Source of the DNA: Nitrospira sp.
GTDB taxonomy: Bacteria; Nitrospirota; Nitrospiria; Nitrospirales; Nitrospiraceae
Assembly (NCBI GenBank): GCA_016873495.1
Contig: VGXC01000012.1
Span: 8,434-72,433 of the forward strand
Direction of reading: 5' to 3'
DNA length: 64,000 nt
Positions 1 to 8,847 of the stretch are shown here, in pieces. The stretch's first letter is position 1. The number at the start of each line of letters is the position of its first letter. A model generated the notes under the pieces. That model was not told the DNA's origin. It saw only the letters and a list, made by a program, of their open reading frames with translations, and did no database searches. The position numbers were made by a program, and so were the translations under genes.

Positions 1-128
1 TCGCGCCCGTGTTCGGCGAGCTGGGCCCGCAGCATCTGGCCGAATGGGTCCTGGCCGACCGGCTGCCGGTGCGGTTCCAACTACAATTGCACAAATTCAT
101 CTGGGCCCCGGATATGCGGGGAGTGTGA
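1..128 (+). CDS. queE: 7-carboxy-7-deazaguanine synthase QueE, C-terminal fragment (5' end outside window)
   Basis: Frame 3 reads APVFGELGPQHLAEWVLADRLPVRFQLQLHKFIWGPDMRGV and stops at TGA 126-128. The RFQLQLHK(F/Y)IWGP tail is typical of radical-SAM QueE C-termini. Confidence 0.6.
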   Translation, partial: APVFGELGPQHLAEWVLADRLPVRFQLQLHKFIWAPDMRGV

Positions 129-159
129 AGAGAAGAGCTGATGGCTTCTGGAAAAGGAG

Positions 160-1701
160 ATGGGAATGGCATCTGTTGACGTACAAGTGAAGCAAGGCCG
201 CATTGAATCCGAGGCGGACGAAGTCCTGGTGCTCCACCATTATGAAGGCGAGGCCGGGCTGCACGACGAAGCCGCCACAGTGGACCGGGCGCTCGAGGGA
301 CTCCTGCGCGACTTGCTCAAGAGCGGCGAGTTCGAGGGGAAGAACGGCCAGACGGTCCTCCTGCATACGCACGGCAAGATTCCCGCCAAGCGCGTCCTGC
401 TGGTCGGACTGGGCAAGAAGAAGGATGCGAAGCTCGATACGGTGCGGCAGGCCATGGGCACGGTCGCCAAGAGGGTCCGGCAGGCCGGCGCCAGGTCGTT
501 CACCACGCCCCTGCACGGCCGCGCGATTGCCGACACGACGGGGTTGTTGCTTGCCCAGGCGATGGTCGAGGGGGCGATCCTGAGCGGCTACCATTTCAAC
601 GCCTACCGGAGCGATCTGGGCAAGGACTCGAAGGACCTGACCCGCATCCGCATCATCGCCGCCGGGGCGTCGGAGGCGGCACAGATCCGCGAGGGAGCCA
701 GACGTGGCCTGGCCGGCGCCGAGGCGACGATGTTCGTGCGCGACCTCTGCAACCATCCCTCCAACGTGATGACGCCTTCGCGCATCGCGGCCGAAGCCAA
801 ACGGATCGGCAAGGAGCGGGGCGTCACGGTCAAGGTGCTGGAGCAGCGCGCCGTGGAGAAGCTCGGGATGGGCGCGTTCCTGGGCGTGGCACGGGGCAGC
901 CACGAGCCGCCCAAGTTCATCATCCTGGAATATCGGGGAGCGGCCGGGCGGGCATCGGGCAACGGACGCGGGAGCAAGCCCATCGTGCTGGTCGGCAAGA
1001 CCATCACGTTCGACACGGGCGGCATCTCGCTCAAGCCGGCCGAAAACATGGAACAGATGAAGGCGGATATGACCGGCGGGGCCGAGGTTCTGGCAACGAT
1101 CCGGGCGATCTCGCGCCTGAAATTGCCGCTGCACGTGATCGGCCTCCTGCCGGCGACCGAGAACATGCCGGGCGGGCGGGCGATCAAGCCGGGCGACATC
1201 CTGATGACCCTTTCGGGCAAGACCGTGGAGGTGCAGAACACGGACGCGGAAGGACGGTTGATCCTGGCCGACGGGTTGGCCTATGCCACGCGCTTGAAGC
1301 CGAAAGCGATCATCGACATTGCCACCCTGACCGGAGCGTGTGCGGTGGCGCTGGGACAGTTCGCCATCGGCCTGTTGGGCAACGACGAGTCGCTCAAGCG
1401 TCGTGTGCAGCAGGCCGGCCTCACCGCCGGCGAACGGGCCTGGGAAATGCCGCTCTGGGAGGAGTATTTCGAGCAACTCAAAAGCGACGTGGCCGACATG
1501 CGCAACATCGGCGGCCGGGGCGGCGGGATGATCACCGCGGCGCTGTTCCTGAGCAAGTTTGTGGGCAACTATCCCTGGGTGCACTTGGACATCGCCAGCA
1601 CCGACTGGAGCGAGCGCGAACGGGCCTACATCCCCAAGGGCCCGACCGGCATCGGCACCCGCCTACTGCTTCAGTATCTGCTGAACGAAGCGGAGAGATA
1701 G
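160..1701 (+). CDS. pepA: leucyl aminopeptidase (M17 family)
   Basis: 513-aa ORF with the M17 signature NTDAEGRLILAD and VGKTITFDTGG. AAGGAG at 154-159 makes ATG 166 an equally plausible start. Confidence 0.95.
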   Translation: MGMASVDVQVKQGRIESEADEVLVLHHYEGEAGLHDEAATVDRALEGLLRDLLKSGEFEGKNGQTVLLHTHGKIPAKRVLLVGLGKKKDAKLDTVRQAMGTVAKRVRQAGARSFTTPLHGRAIADTTGLLLAQAMVEGAILSGYHFNAYRSDLGKDSKDLTRIRIIAAGASEAAQIREGARRGLAGAEATMFVRDLCNHPSNVMTPSRIAAEAKRIGKERGVTVKVLEQRAVEKLGMGAFLGVARGSHEPPKFIILEYRGAAGRASGNGRGSKPIVLVGKTITFDTGGISLKPAENMEQMKADMTGGAEVLATIRAISRLKLPLHVIGLLPATENMPGGRAIKPGDILMTLSGKTVEVQNTDAEGRLILADGLAYATRLKPKAIIDIATLTGACAVALGQFAIGLLGNDESLKRRVQQAGLTAGERAWEMPLWEEYFEQLKSDVADMRNIGGRGGGMITAALFLSKFVGNYPWVHLDIASTDWSERERAYIPKGPTGIGTRLLLQYLLNEAER

Positions 1702-1707
1702 GAGCTG

Positions 1708-2811
1708 ATGGATCGCTCGCTGCGCGAACAGATCGGACAGCTCTTCATGCTGGGGTTCATGGGGACCTCGGTCACGCCGGAGCTGGCTTCGTTCATATCC
1801 ACTTACAAACCGGGCGGGGTGATTCTCTTCCGGCGCAATCTGGAAAGCGTCGCGCAGATCGTCCAACTGACCAACGACCTTCAGACGCTGTCTCCCCGCT
1901 CGCCTCTGCTGATCTCGATCGACCAGGAGGGGGGGCGGGTCTCCCGGCTGCCGACCGGCTTCACCATCTTTCCCCCCTGCGCCACGCTGGGCGCTTGCGG
2001 CTCCCACGACCTGGCCTACGCAGCCGCCTCGGTGACCGCCGTCGAACTGCGCGCCGTCGGCATCAACATGAACATGGCGCCGGTGTTGGACGTGCATACG
2101 AACCCAGCCAACCCGATCATCGGCGACCGGGCTTTCGGGTCCGATCCGGCCCTGGTGAGCGATCTGGGAGAGGCCACCTTCAAAGGGCTCCAGGACAACC
2201 ACGTCGTGGCTTGCGGCAAACATTTTCCCGGTCACGGGGACACGAGCGCCGACTCCCACAAGGAACTGCCGCTGGTGTCCGTCTCGCGCGAGCGGCTGGA
2301 CGCGTTCGAGCTGCCGCCCTTCTACCATGCGTTTCAGCGCGGGCTGGCCAGCCTCATGACCGCTCATGTCCTCTACCCGGCGCTGGACCGTCAGTACCCC
2401 GCCACCCTCTCTTCGGCGATTCTGACCGGCCTGCTCCGCGAACAAATGGGCTACGACGGCCTGGTTCTCACGGACGATATGGAAATGCAGGCAATCATGG
2501 ACCACTATGGGATCGGCGACGCGTCGATCCGCGCCTTTCAGGCCGGGGCGGATGTGATTCTGATTTGCAAGGAACAGGCGTTGCAGGTGGCGGCGCTGGA
2601 GACCTTTGCTAAGGCCGTGGAGGACGGAACGATCCACCCGGCGCGGATCGAGGCCTCGCTCCGACGGGTCGCCCTAGTCAAAGCGCGATTCCTCCGGCCC
2701 TACAAACCGGCCGACCTCACGTCGGCGACGGTGGCGGTGGGAACCGGCAGCCATCGAGCCTTGCACGCGCAGCTGCTCCAGGCTACCGCCCGCCTGAAAG
2801 CCTCTGCGTGA
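1708..2811 (+). CDS. nagZ: beta-N-acetylhexosaminidase (GH3, NagZ-like)
   Basis: 367 aa with GH3 motifs IDQEGGRV and KHFPGHGDTSADSH. Starts 6 nt after the pepA stop. Confidence 0.9.
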   Translation: MDRSLREQIGQLFMLGFMGTSVTPELASFISTYKPGGVILFRRNLESVAQIVQLTNDLQTLSPRSPLLISIDQEGGRVSRLPTGFTIFPPCATLGACGSHDLAYAAASVTAVELRAVGINMNMAPVLDVHTNPANPIIGDRAFGSDPALVSDLGEATFKGLQDNHVVACGKHFPGHGDTSADSHKELPLVSVSRERLDAFELPPFYHAFQRGLASLMTAHVLYPALDRQYPATLSSAILTGLLREQMGYDGLVLTDDMEMQAIMDHYGIGDASIRAFQAGADVILICKEQALQVAALETFAKAVEDGTIHPARIEASLRRVALVKARFLRPYKPADLTSATVAVGTGSHRALHAQLLQATARLKASA

Positions 2812-4103
2812 CCGAGCAGGTCCGGACGACCCCGGTGGGACGCCGGGAACTCTGGGCCTGGTGCCTGTACGACTTCGCCAATTCCTCCTTCACTACCCTC
2901 ATCGTCACCGTCGCCTACAGCGTCTATTTCGTGCAGGTAGTCGCGCACGACCTGGGGCAGGACGGCACCGCCGAGCGCGTCTGGTTCTGGGGTTACGCGA
3001 TCTCGATGTTGATCGTGGCCCTGCTCTCGCCGTCGCTCGGCGCCCTGGCGGATGCCCGCGCGGCCAAGCGGGTGGGACTGATCGCCGCCACCCTCGGCTG
3101 CGTCGTCTGCACCGCCCTGCTCTTTTTCGTCCAGGCCGGCGATGTCTGGATGGGCCTGCTCCTCTTCGCGGTGGCCAATATCGCCTTCGACCTGGGCTTC
3201 ATGTTTTGCAGCGCCTTTCTGGTGGAGCTGGCCCCTCCGGAAGCGATGGGGCGCCTGTCCGGCTATGGCTGGGGCCTGGGCTATGCGGGAGGGCTCCTCT
3301 CGCTGGCAATCGCCTACCCGCTGATCCGCGGCGGCTTCACGGAGACCAATCTGCCGCTGTACCGGACCAGCTTCGTCGTCACGGCCGGATTTTTCCTGCT
3401 CGCCTCCCTACCCACCTTCTTGTGGCTGAAGGAGCGGGCGGTGCCGCAGCCACGGGAGGGCCGCTCCCTCTGGGAGGACGCGTTCGGAAGACTGGCGCAG
3501 ACTGCTCGTCGCCTCCGCCAATACCGGGATCTTTCGACCTATTTGATCGCCTACCTGATCTACACCGACGCGATCAACACGGTCATCGTCGCATCGGGCA
3601 TTTTCGCGAACAAAGTCCTGGACTTTTCGCCGGGCGATCTGATTATCTACTTCCTGATTACGCAGGTGACGGCCGGCCTCGGCGCCGTTTGGTTCGGGCG
3701 ATTGGCGGATCGGATCGGCTCGAAGCGGACCATCAGCCTCACGCTCCTGATCTGGATCGGCTTGGCCATCTGCGCCGCCGTGGTGCAGACCCAGGCACAG
3801 TTCTATGCGATCGGGCTCGTGGCCGGGGCGGTGCTGGGCGCCAACCAAAGCGCCAGCCGCACACTGGTAGCGCAGTTTATCCCGGTCGGTCGGCAGGCTG
3901 AGTTTTTCAGTTTCTTCTCGGTCACGGGGAAGTTCGCCGCCGTGATCGGCCCCCTGGTCTACGGGGAAGTCACGGCCTGGACTGGCAGCCAGCGCTGGGC
4001 CATTCTTTCGATGGCGGTCTTTTTCGCCATCGGCTTGCTGGTGTTCCAGGCGGTTGACGAGCAACGGGGCCGGGCGGCGGCACAGTCCTTCGACAAGTCC
4101 TAA
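2808..4103 (+). CDS. MFS transporter, UMF1/Atg22-like
   Basis: 431-aa polytopic membrane protein. The N-terminal WAWCLYDFANSSF motif is typical of the UMF1 family. The GTG start overlaps the nagZ TGA (GTGA). Confidence 0.85.
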   Translation: MTEQVRTTPVGRRELWAWCLYDFANSSFTTLIVTVAYSVYFVQVVAHDLGQDGTAERVWFWGYAISMLIVALLSPSLGALADARAAKRVGLIAATLGCVVCTALLFFVQAGDVWMGLLLFAVANIAFDLGFMFCSAFLVELAPPEAMGRLSGYGWGLGYAGGLLSLAIAYPLIRGGFTETNLPLYRTSFVVTAGFFLLASLPTFLWLKERAVPQPREGRSLWEDAFGRLAQTARRLRQYRDLSTYLIAYLIYTDAINTVIVASGIFANKVLDFSPGDLIIYFLITQVTAGLGAVWFGRLADRIGSKRTISLTLLIWIGLAICAAVVQTQAQFYAIGLVAGAVLGANQSASRTLVAQFIPVGRQAEFFSFFSVTGKFAAVIGPLVYGEVTAWTGSQRWAILSMAVFFAIGLLVFQAVDEQRGRAAAQSFDKS

Positions 4104-4180
4104 AGTCTGAACGTCACGAAGTCGCCATCGGATGGCTTTGTGACTAGAGCGACTTTCAATCTTTTTGACTGGGCACTCAC

Positions 4181-4579
4181 ATGGGTGTGAAGAAAGGTGA
4201 CATTCTCGACGAGCGCAAACGGCATCCGGATTCCTGCGGGCTGGTCGTGAAGGTGATGGGCGGGGGCGAGGGATTTGAAAAGATCCTGTGCTGCGGCCAC
4301 GAACTGACCGCAGACGATGTCGTGCTGCAGATAGGCTCGCCGCTGGGACGCAAGAAGGGGGAGCTGCCGCTGGCGGTGATCCTGGACGAAAAGAAATTCT
4401 ATCCCGATTCCTGCGGCCTCCGGGTCATGATCATGGACGGCGGCGCCGGATTCCAGAAGATCGTCTGCTGCGGCCATGAACTCACAATCACGTCGATGCA
4501 GGAGCTGAAGTTCGGGCAACTGCGCAATCCGGCCCCGCCGCCCCCCGGCCCCAACACAAGCCACCAGGGCACAGCCTAA
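4181..4579 (+). CDS. hypothetical small protein with two tandem Cys/His-containing repeat modules
   Basis: 132 aa with two 38-aa modules, ILDE(R/K)K..PDSCGL.V..M.GG.GF.KI.CCGHELT. The DNA copies (4202-4315 and 4379-4492) differ mostly at synonymous sites, which supports coding. No obvious SD. Confidence 0.6.
   Translation: MGVKKGDILDERKRHPDSCGLVVKVMGGGEGFEKILCCGHELTADDVVLQIGSPLGRKKGELPLAVILDEKKFYPDSCGLRVMIMDGGAGFQKIVCCGHELTITSMQELKFGQLRNPAPPPPGPNTSHQGTA
4202..4492 (+). repeat. intragenic tandem duplication (2 x 114 nt, offset 177 nt)
   Basis: Direct comparison of 4202-4315 with 4379-4492 shows many synonymous differences (att/atc, ctc/ctg, gag/gaa, ccg/ccc, cac/cat, acc/aca). Confidence 0.8.
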
Positions 4580-4601
4580 CCATGCGAGAGGAGACCTTCC
4601 C

Positions 4602-5105
4602 ATGAGCGACCGGATGGATATCATGAAGCATCTCCCCTGCCGGGTCGTGCACTGGATGGAATGGCTGGACCGCTGGGGCTATGTCACCGCAGGGTTCAGC
4701 CTGCTCTTGCTGGGCATGCTCATCTTCGGATACAGCTGGGTCTCCTTCATCAAAGCCATCGAGCATATCGGCCTGCTGGTCGCCGGGCTCAAACTGCTGA
4801 ACGACCTGCTTCTCGTCATCATCTTGTTGGAATTGTATCGGACCGTCATCCGGTTCCTCCAGACCGGCATCCTGGCCTTGGAACCCTACCTGGCCGTGGG
4901 CATTATCGCCTGCACGAGGCGGATCCTGACGGCCAGCGCCGAACTGTCCCACCAACCGGAGGTCACCGACCTCCTGTTCAACCGCTACCTCATGGACGTG
5001 GGGTTAAATGTCATCGTCATTATGGTGCTGATCTTCGCGGTGTTTATCCTCCGGCGACGGCCGGCACAGGTCGATCACGTCATGACCCGAGCGGACAACG
5101 ACTGA
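4602..5105 (+). CDS. PsiE-family (phosphate-starvation-inducible E-like) membrane protein
   Basis: 167 aa with about 4 TM segments. The core LLLVIILLELYRTVIRFLQTG...YLAVGIIACTRRIL resembles PsiE. GAGGAG SD; starts 22 nt after the preceding ORF. Confidence 0.7.
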   Translation: MSDRMDIMKHLPCRVVHWMEWLDRWGYVTAGFSLLLLGMLIFGYSWVSFIKAIEHIGLLVAGLKLLNDLLLVIILLELYRTVIRFLQTGILALEPYLAVGIIACTRRILTASAELSHQPEVTDLLFNRYLMDVGLNVIVIMVLIFAVFILRRRPAQVDHVMTRADND

Positions 5106-5118
5106 CGTCCATCGCACG

Positions 5119-6642
5119 ATGTCCGACGTCATTGCCCAGGATCCCCTCACACCGGCTGGATTACAAGTCGGGCCTCCGCTGCGCCGGTTCAAACGCCTGG
5201 GCCTTGTGATCGGCCCGGCCGCAGCCCTGCTGCTCTATCTGCTCCCACTCCCGGCGCTCTCGGACGATGCGCACATCCTCACGGCCATCCTCGCCTGGGC
5301 GATCCTCTACTGGATTATGGAGCCGATCCCTCTCCCGATCACCTCGTTGCTCGGCACAACGTTCTGTGTCGTGGCCGGGCTCGGTTCGGCAAAAAGCATC
5401 TTTGCCGCCTATGCGCACCCGATCATTTTTTTGTTTATCGGCAGTTTTTTTATCGCCGAAGCGATGGCCGTGCAGGGTGTCGACCGGCGATTTGCCGCCT
5501 GGATGTTGTCGTTTCCCTGGGTCGCGGCCAGTTCTTCCCGCGTCCTGCTGGTGATCGGAACCATCACCGCGGCGATCTCCATGTGGATCAGCAACACCGC
5601 GGCCACGGCGATGATGCTGCCCGTGGCCCTGGGCATCTGTTCGACGTTGGGCGGGGCTTCGGCGCAGAGCCAGCGCCATTTTCGGACGGCCATCATGCTC
5701 ACCCTCTCGTATACGGCCACCGCCGGCGGCCTGGCCACCCTGATCGGGACCCCGCCGAATTTGATCGGCGTCGGGCTGCTCGCCGAACAGACAGGCGTCT
5801 CCCTCTCCTTCTTTACTTGGATGGCGTTCGGCTTGCCCCTGGCCGTGCTGATGTTGTTCCTGTGCTGGGGACTGCTGCTCCTGCTCCATCCGCCGGGCAC
5901 CGCCGTGATTCCGTACCTCACCAGCCAATTTCAGTCCCAGCGCGATGCCCTCGGTCCATGGACTAGGGGACAGATCAATGCGGTCCTGGCCTTCGGCATC
6001 GCCGTTCTGTTCTGGATCGGGCCGGGACTGATCACGGCCTTTTGGGGTTCCGCGCATCCGGTGTCCGTCTGGTTCGACCGTCACTTGCCCAATGAGCTGG
6101 TGGCGCTGATCGCCTCCGGACTGCTGTTTCTGCTGCCTGTCGACATGGCGCGCGGCCAGTTCACCCTGTCCTGGAAGGAGGCCGGCAACATCAACTGGGG
6201 CATCATCCTGCTCTTCGGCGGCGGCCTGGCCTTCGGCGAGCTGATGGTGAAGACCGGGTTATCGAGTGCGGTCGGGCATGGGTTCGTGAACTGGTTCGGG
6301 GTGAGTACGCTCTGGAGCCTGACCGCCCTGTCCATCGGCGTGGCCGTCCTGGTCAGCGAGCTGGCGTCCAACACCGCGTCGGCCAGCATGTTGGTGCCGC
6401 TGGTCATCGCCATCGCGCAATCCGCCGACGTACCCGTCGCGCCACCGGCGCTGGGGGTCTGCTTGGGGGCCAGCCTGGGCTTTGCCCTGCCGGTCTCCAC
6501 CCCGCCAAACGCCATCGTCTACGGCACCGGCTACATTTCGATCCACAACATGGTTCGCGCCGGACTCCTGTTCGACCTCATCGGCGCCGTGTTCATCTGG
6601 CTGACGCTCAGACTGCTCTGCCCCCTTCTGGGCTTGGCCTGA
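5119..6642 (+). CDS. SLC13/DASS family anion:Na+ symporter (sulfate or di/tricarboxylate)
   Basis: 507-aa polytopic protein with duplicated hairpin motifs ISNTAATAMMLP and ASNTASASMLVP. Confidence 0.9.
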   Translation: MSDVIAQDPLTPAGLQVGPPLRRFKRLGLVIGPAAALLLYLLPLPALSDDAHILTAILAWAILYWIMEPIPLPITSLLGTTFCVVAGLGSAKSIFAAYAHPIIFLFIGSFFIAEAMAVQGVDRRFAAWMLSFPWVAASSSRVLLVIGTITAAISMWISNTAATAMMLPVALGICSTLGGASAQSQRHFRTAIMLTLSYTATAGGLATLIGTPPNLIGVGLLAEQTGVSLSFFTWMAFGLPLAVLMLFLCWGLLLLLHPPGTAVIPYLTSQFQSQRDALGPWTRGQINAVLAFGIAVLFWIGPGLITAFWGSAHPVSVWFDRHLPNELVALIASGLLFLLPVDMARGQFTLSWKEAGNINWGIILLFGGGLAFGELMVKTGLSSAVGHGFVNWFGVSTLWSLTALSIGVAVLVSELASNTASASMLVPLVIAIAQSADVPVAPPALGVCLGASLGFALPVSTPPNAIVYGTGYISIHNMVRAGLLFDLIGAVFIWLTLRLLCPLLGLA

Positions 6643-6801
6643 TCGCCGCGGCACGACGGCCCTGGACGGCCTCACGACCTGTCCACCATTTCCCGTTCCT
6701 CGTCTTGCAAGTTGGTTCCCTGTCGGCTAAAATGACGCGGTTTTTACGAATGGATGAGCCGCGTCGGGCCCCGCTCGGGGTTCGTGTCGAAGGAGGAGCG
6801 C

Positions 6802-7332
6802 ATGAGCGGGAGACGGTGGCCGGTGGTGCTGGTGTGGCTCGTGGTGTCAGTGCTGCTGACCGGTTGGGACATTGCCGCTGCGGAACCCTATGAGCTAACC
6901 AAACACGATGTGATGGACCCCAAGGTCGTAAAGAGCGCGGACATCTCTCTCTTCGGCGTCAAGTTGGGCGACCCGGAGTCGAAAGCCGTGGATCTGCTGG
7001 TCAACGAAAAGATCGCCGGCATCAAGCCGGAGCAGGAAGCCTCGTTCATCTTCATCCTGGACCAGCGCAAGCCCACTGGCCCGATGGCGGGGGTGCAACT
7101 GTTGGACGGCAAAGTCGCGTTGATTTTTATCAACAACCGGTTTGCCTACAAGACGCGCGGAATCTTCCGGGCCGTGCTCAACAGCGAGAGCCCCGACGAC
7201 ATCCGCAAATTGCTGGGCAAGGAAGACTTCGGGGATGAAAACGTGATGGGCGCCGCGATGAACTACGAGAAGCAAGGCTTTGTGGTGAACTACCTCGGCA
7301 AGGACGTCAACATCGAATTCTCCCGCCCCTAA
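6802..7332 (+). CDS. hypothetical secreted protein
   Basis: AAGGAGG SD lies 5 nt before ATG 6802. Signal peptide MSGRRWPVVLVWLVVSVLLTGWDIAAA. The ORF track starts at 6754 but has no SD there. Confidence 0.6.
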   Translation: MSGRRWPVVLVWLVVSVLLTGWDIAAAEPYELTKHDVMDPKVVKSADISLFGVKLGDPESKAVDLLVNEKIAGIKPEQEASFIFILDQRKPTGPMAGVQLLDGKVALIFINNRFAYKTRGIFRAVLNSESPDDIRKLLGKEDFGDENVMGAAMNYEKQGFVVNYLGKDVNIEFSRP

Positions 7333-7354
7333 TAGCCCACCGCTTTCGACCGTT

Positions 7355-7522
7355 ACAGGATGCTCAAAAAGGCTGTCGTCTCACCCGCTTACCCCAGGCG
7401 CGCCAAGACGCGCCCGTACCATGGGCAAGGCCGCAGCGAGGGAAGGATCGAGGCGTCTGAGGAAGTACGGTGAGGGCCGGAGCGAGACGAACACGACGCG
7501 GGCAGACTATTTGAACCTGCCT
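7355..7522. repeat. MITE/REP-like intergenic repeat, copy A (long form with GC hairpin)
   Basis: Shares the core GGCCGCAG..CGAGGCGT..G.A.AAGTACG.TGAGGG and imperfect terminal inverted repeats (CAGGATGCTCAAAAAGG / CAGGTTCAAATAG) with copies at 56995-57166 and 63289-63413. Confidence 0.75.
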
Positions 7523-8463
7523 CAGCGCTGCTGGAGGCCGTAGTTGATCAGACTGGCCGCCGTGTTCCAACGGCGGTTGGCATGCAGCAGCACCAGCAGC
7601 AATTCTTTCCCATCCTGGGACACTTTGGCGATCAGGCAGCGGCCCGCGCGCGAGGTAAACCCCGTCTTGACCCCCTCCACGCCGGGGAACTTGCCGAGCA
7701 GCCGGTTCGTGTTCTTCAGCAAATAGGTGCGGTTTGCATTGACCGGGCTGATCAACTGGATCTCCTCGCGCACCAAGGACCGGAACACCGGATCTCGCAG
7801 CGCCACTTCGCTGAGCTTCGCCAGATCGGCCGCCGTCGCGTAATGCTCCGGCGCATCGAACCCGCAGGCGTTGCTGAAATGGGTGTCCGTCAGCCCCAGG
7901 GCGGCGGCCTTCGCGTTCATCAGCGCCACGAACCGCTCTTCCGATCCCCCGACATGCTCGGCCGCGGCCAGACAGGCATCGTTCGCCGAGGTAATCAGCA
8001 TCGCTTTGAGCAGATCCCCAAGTTGATAGACATGCCCAGGACGAAGCCGCAAGTGGGTCTTGGGCGCCGCAGCGGCGGTCCGACTGACCGTCACCAAGTC
8101 CTCCTGTCGCCCAGACTCCAGTATGACCAACGCCGACATGATCTTGGTCAGGCTGGCCGGCGAGAGCCGCCGGTCGGAACCATATTCGTAGAGGGTGCGG
8201 CCCGTGTTCAAGTCTTTGAGCAGTATGCCGTGAGCCGAGTGCTGGCTTTGCAGTGTTCGGGCGGACCGCGACCGGTGGCGCAACGCGACTGGGAAATCAT
8301 CCTCGGGCTCCGCCATGAGCGCGCGATTGACGATCGGTTGGGCTACGGTCGGGGCGGGAAGGGCAAGCGGGCCGGCCACCATCAAGGCGGCGAGCGCCGG
8401 GAGGATCCAACGATGGGCCCTGCGGACGCTAGAGCGTGAAGGTTTCTCTGGTTTTGTTTCCAC
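7522..8463 (-). CDS. D-alanyl-D-alanine carboxypeptidase (S11, PBP5/6-like)
   Basis: Carries SxxK (SPASLTKIM), SxN (TSAND) and KTG (VKTGFT) motifs and the signal peptide RRAHRWILPALAALMVAGPLALPAPTVA. The start is uncertain: GTG 8463 or ATG 8547. Confidence 0.85.
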   Translation of the reverse strand: METKPEKPSRSSVRRAHRWILPALAALMVAGPLALPAPTVAQPIVNRALMAEPEDDFPVALRHRSRSARTLQSQHSAHGILLKDLNTGRTLYEYGSDRRLSPASLTKIMSALVILESGRQEDLVTVSRTAAAAPKTHLRLRPGHVYQLGDLLKAMLITSANDACLAAAEHVGGSEERFVALMNAKAAALGLTDTHFSNACGFDAPEHYATAADLAKLSEVALRDPVFRSLVREEIQLISPVNANRTYLLKNTNRLLGKFPGVEGVKTGFTSRAGRCLIAKVSQDGKELLLVLLHANRRWNTAASLINYGLQQR

Positions 8464-8617
8464 GTACCCCGCTGTCAATGACCTTGTGAAAAAATCTGAG
8501 GAGATCGGCCAGGTCCAACCAAAACCCGCAATTGAGGCACCGGGCATAGAGACGCCGATTGAGCAGCGTATAGTGCCGCTCCACCATCATAAATCCTTTG
8601 CACTTCAGACAATTCAT
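8429..8617 (-). CDS. putative small zinc-ribbon protein
   Basis: 62 aa, MNCLKCKGFMMVERHY...ARCLNCGFWLD (CxxC-x20-CxxC). Lower GC than the flanks. It overlaps the 5' end of the carboxypeptidase ORF, so only one of the two start models can be right. Confidence 0.35.
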   Translation of the reverse strand: MNCLKCKGFMMVERHYTLLNRRLYARCLNCGFWLDLADLLRFFHKVIDSGVRGNKTRETFTL

Positions 8618-8847
8618 GAACTCGCTCGACTGATCGCATCGTCACCACATCCAGAGCCCGCTCACCGGTGCACTGGCGAGCTTCTACCTCGTCTCGTGGC
8701 TCCTGTCAAGCAGATTGTGCGCTCGCAGGCTTATGAACAAAGGGTTCCTCTCTCGTTGTCGGTCGATTTTTTCCAGAACTTAAGGGGCTCCCCAAAGATT
8801 TTTCGATCGCCAATCGGACGCCGCTCCGTCAGCGATCTTCGTTCGAG

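Noticed and set aside
97-1584. 495-aa ORF antisense to pepA. Similar long antisense or out-of-frame ORFs occur at 13592..15181, 11436..12728, 24963..26108, 33520..34629, 49994..51643, 52661..54079, 54798..55943, 59839..60951, 61594..62580 and 62442..63416.
   Set aside because: These are typical shadow ORFs of GC-rich DNA. They are Arg/Pro/Gly/His-rich, contain no motifs, and each lies fully opposite or overlapping a gene with clear family signatures.
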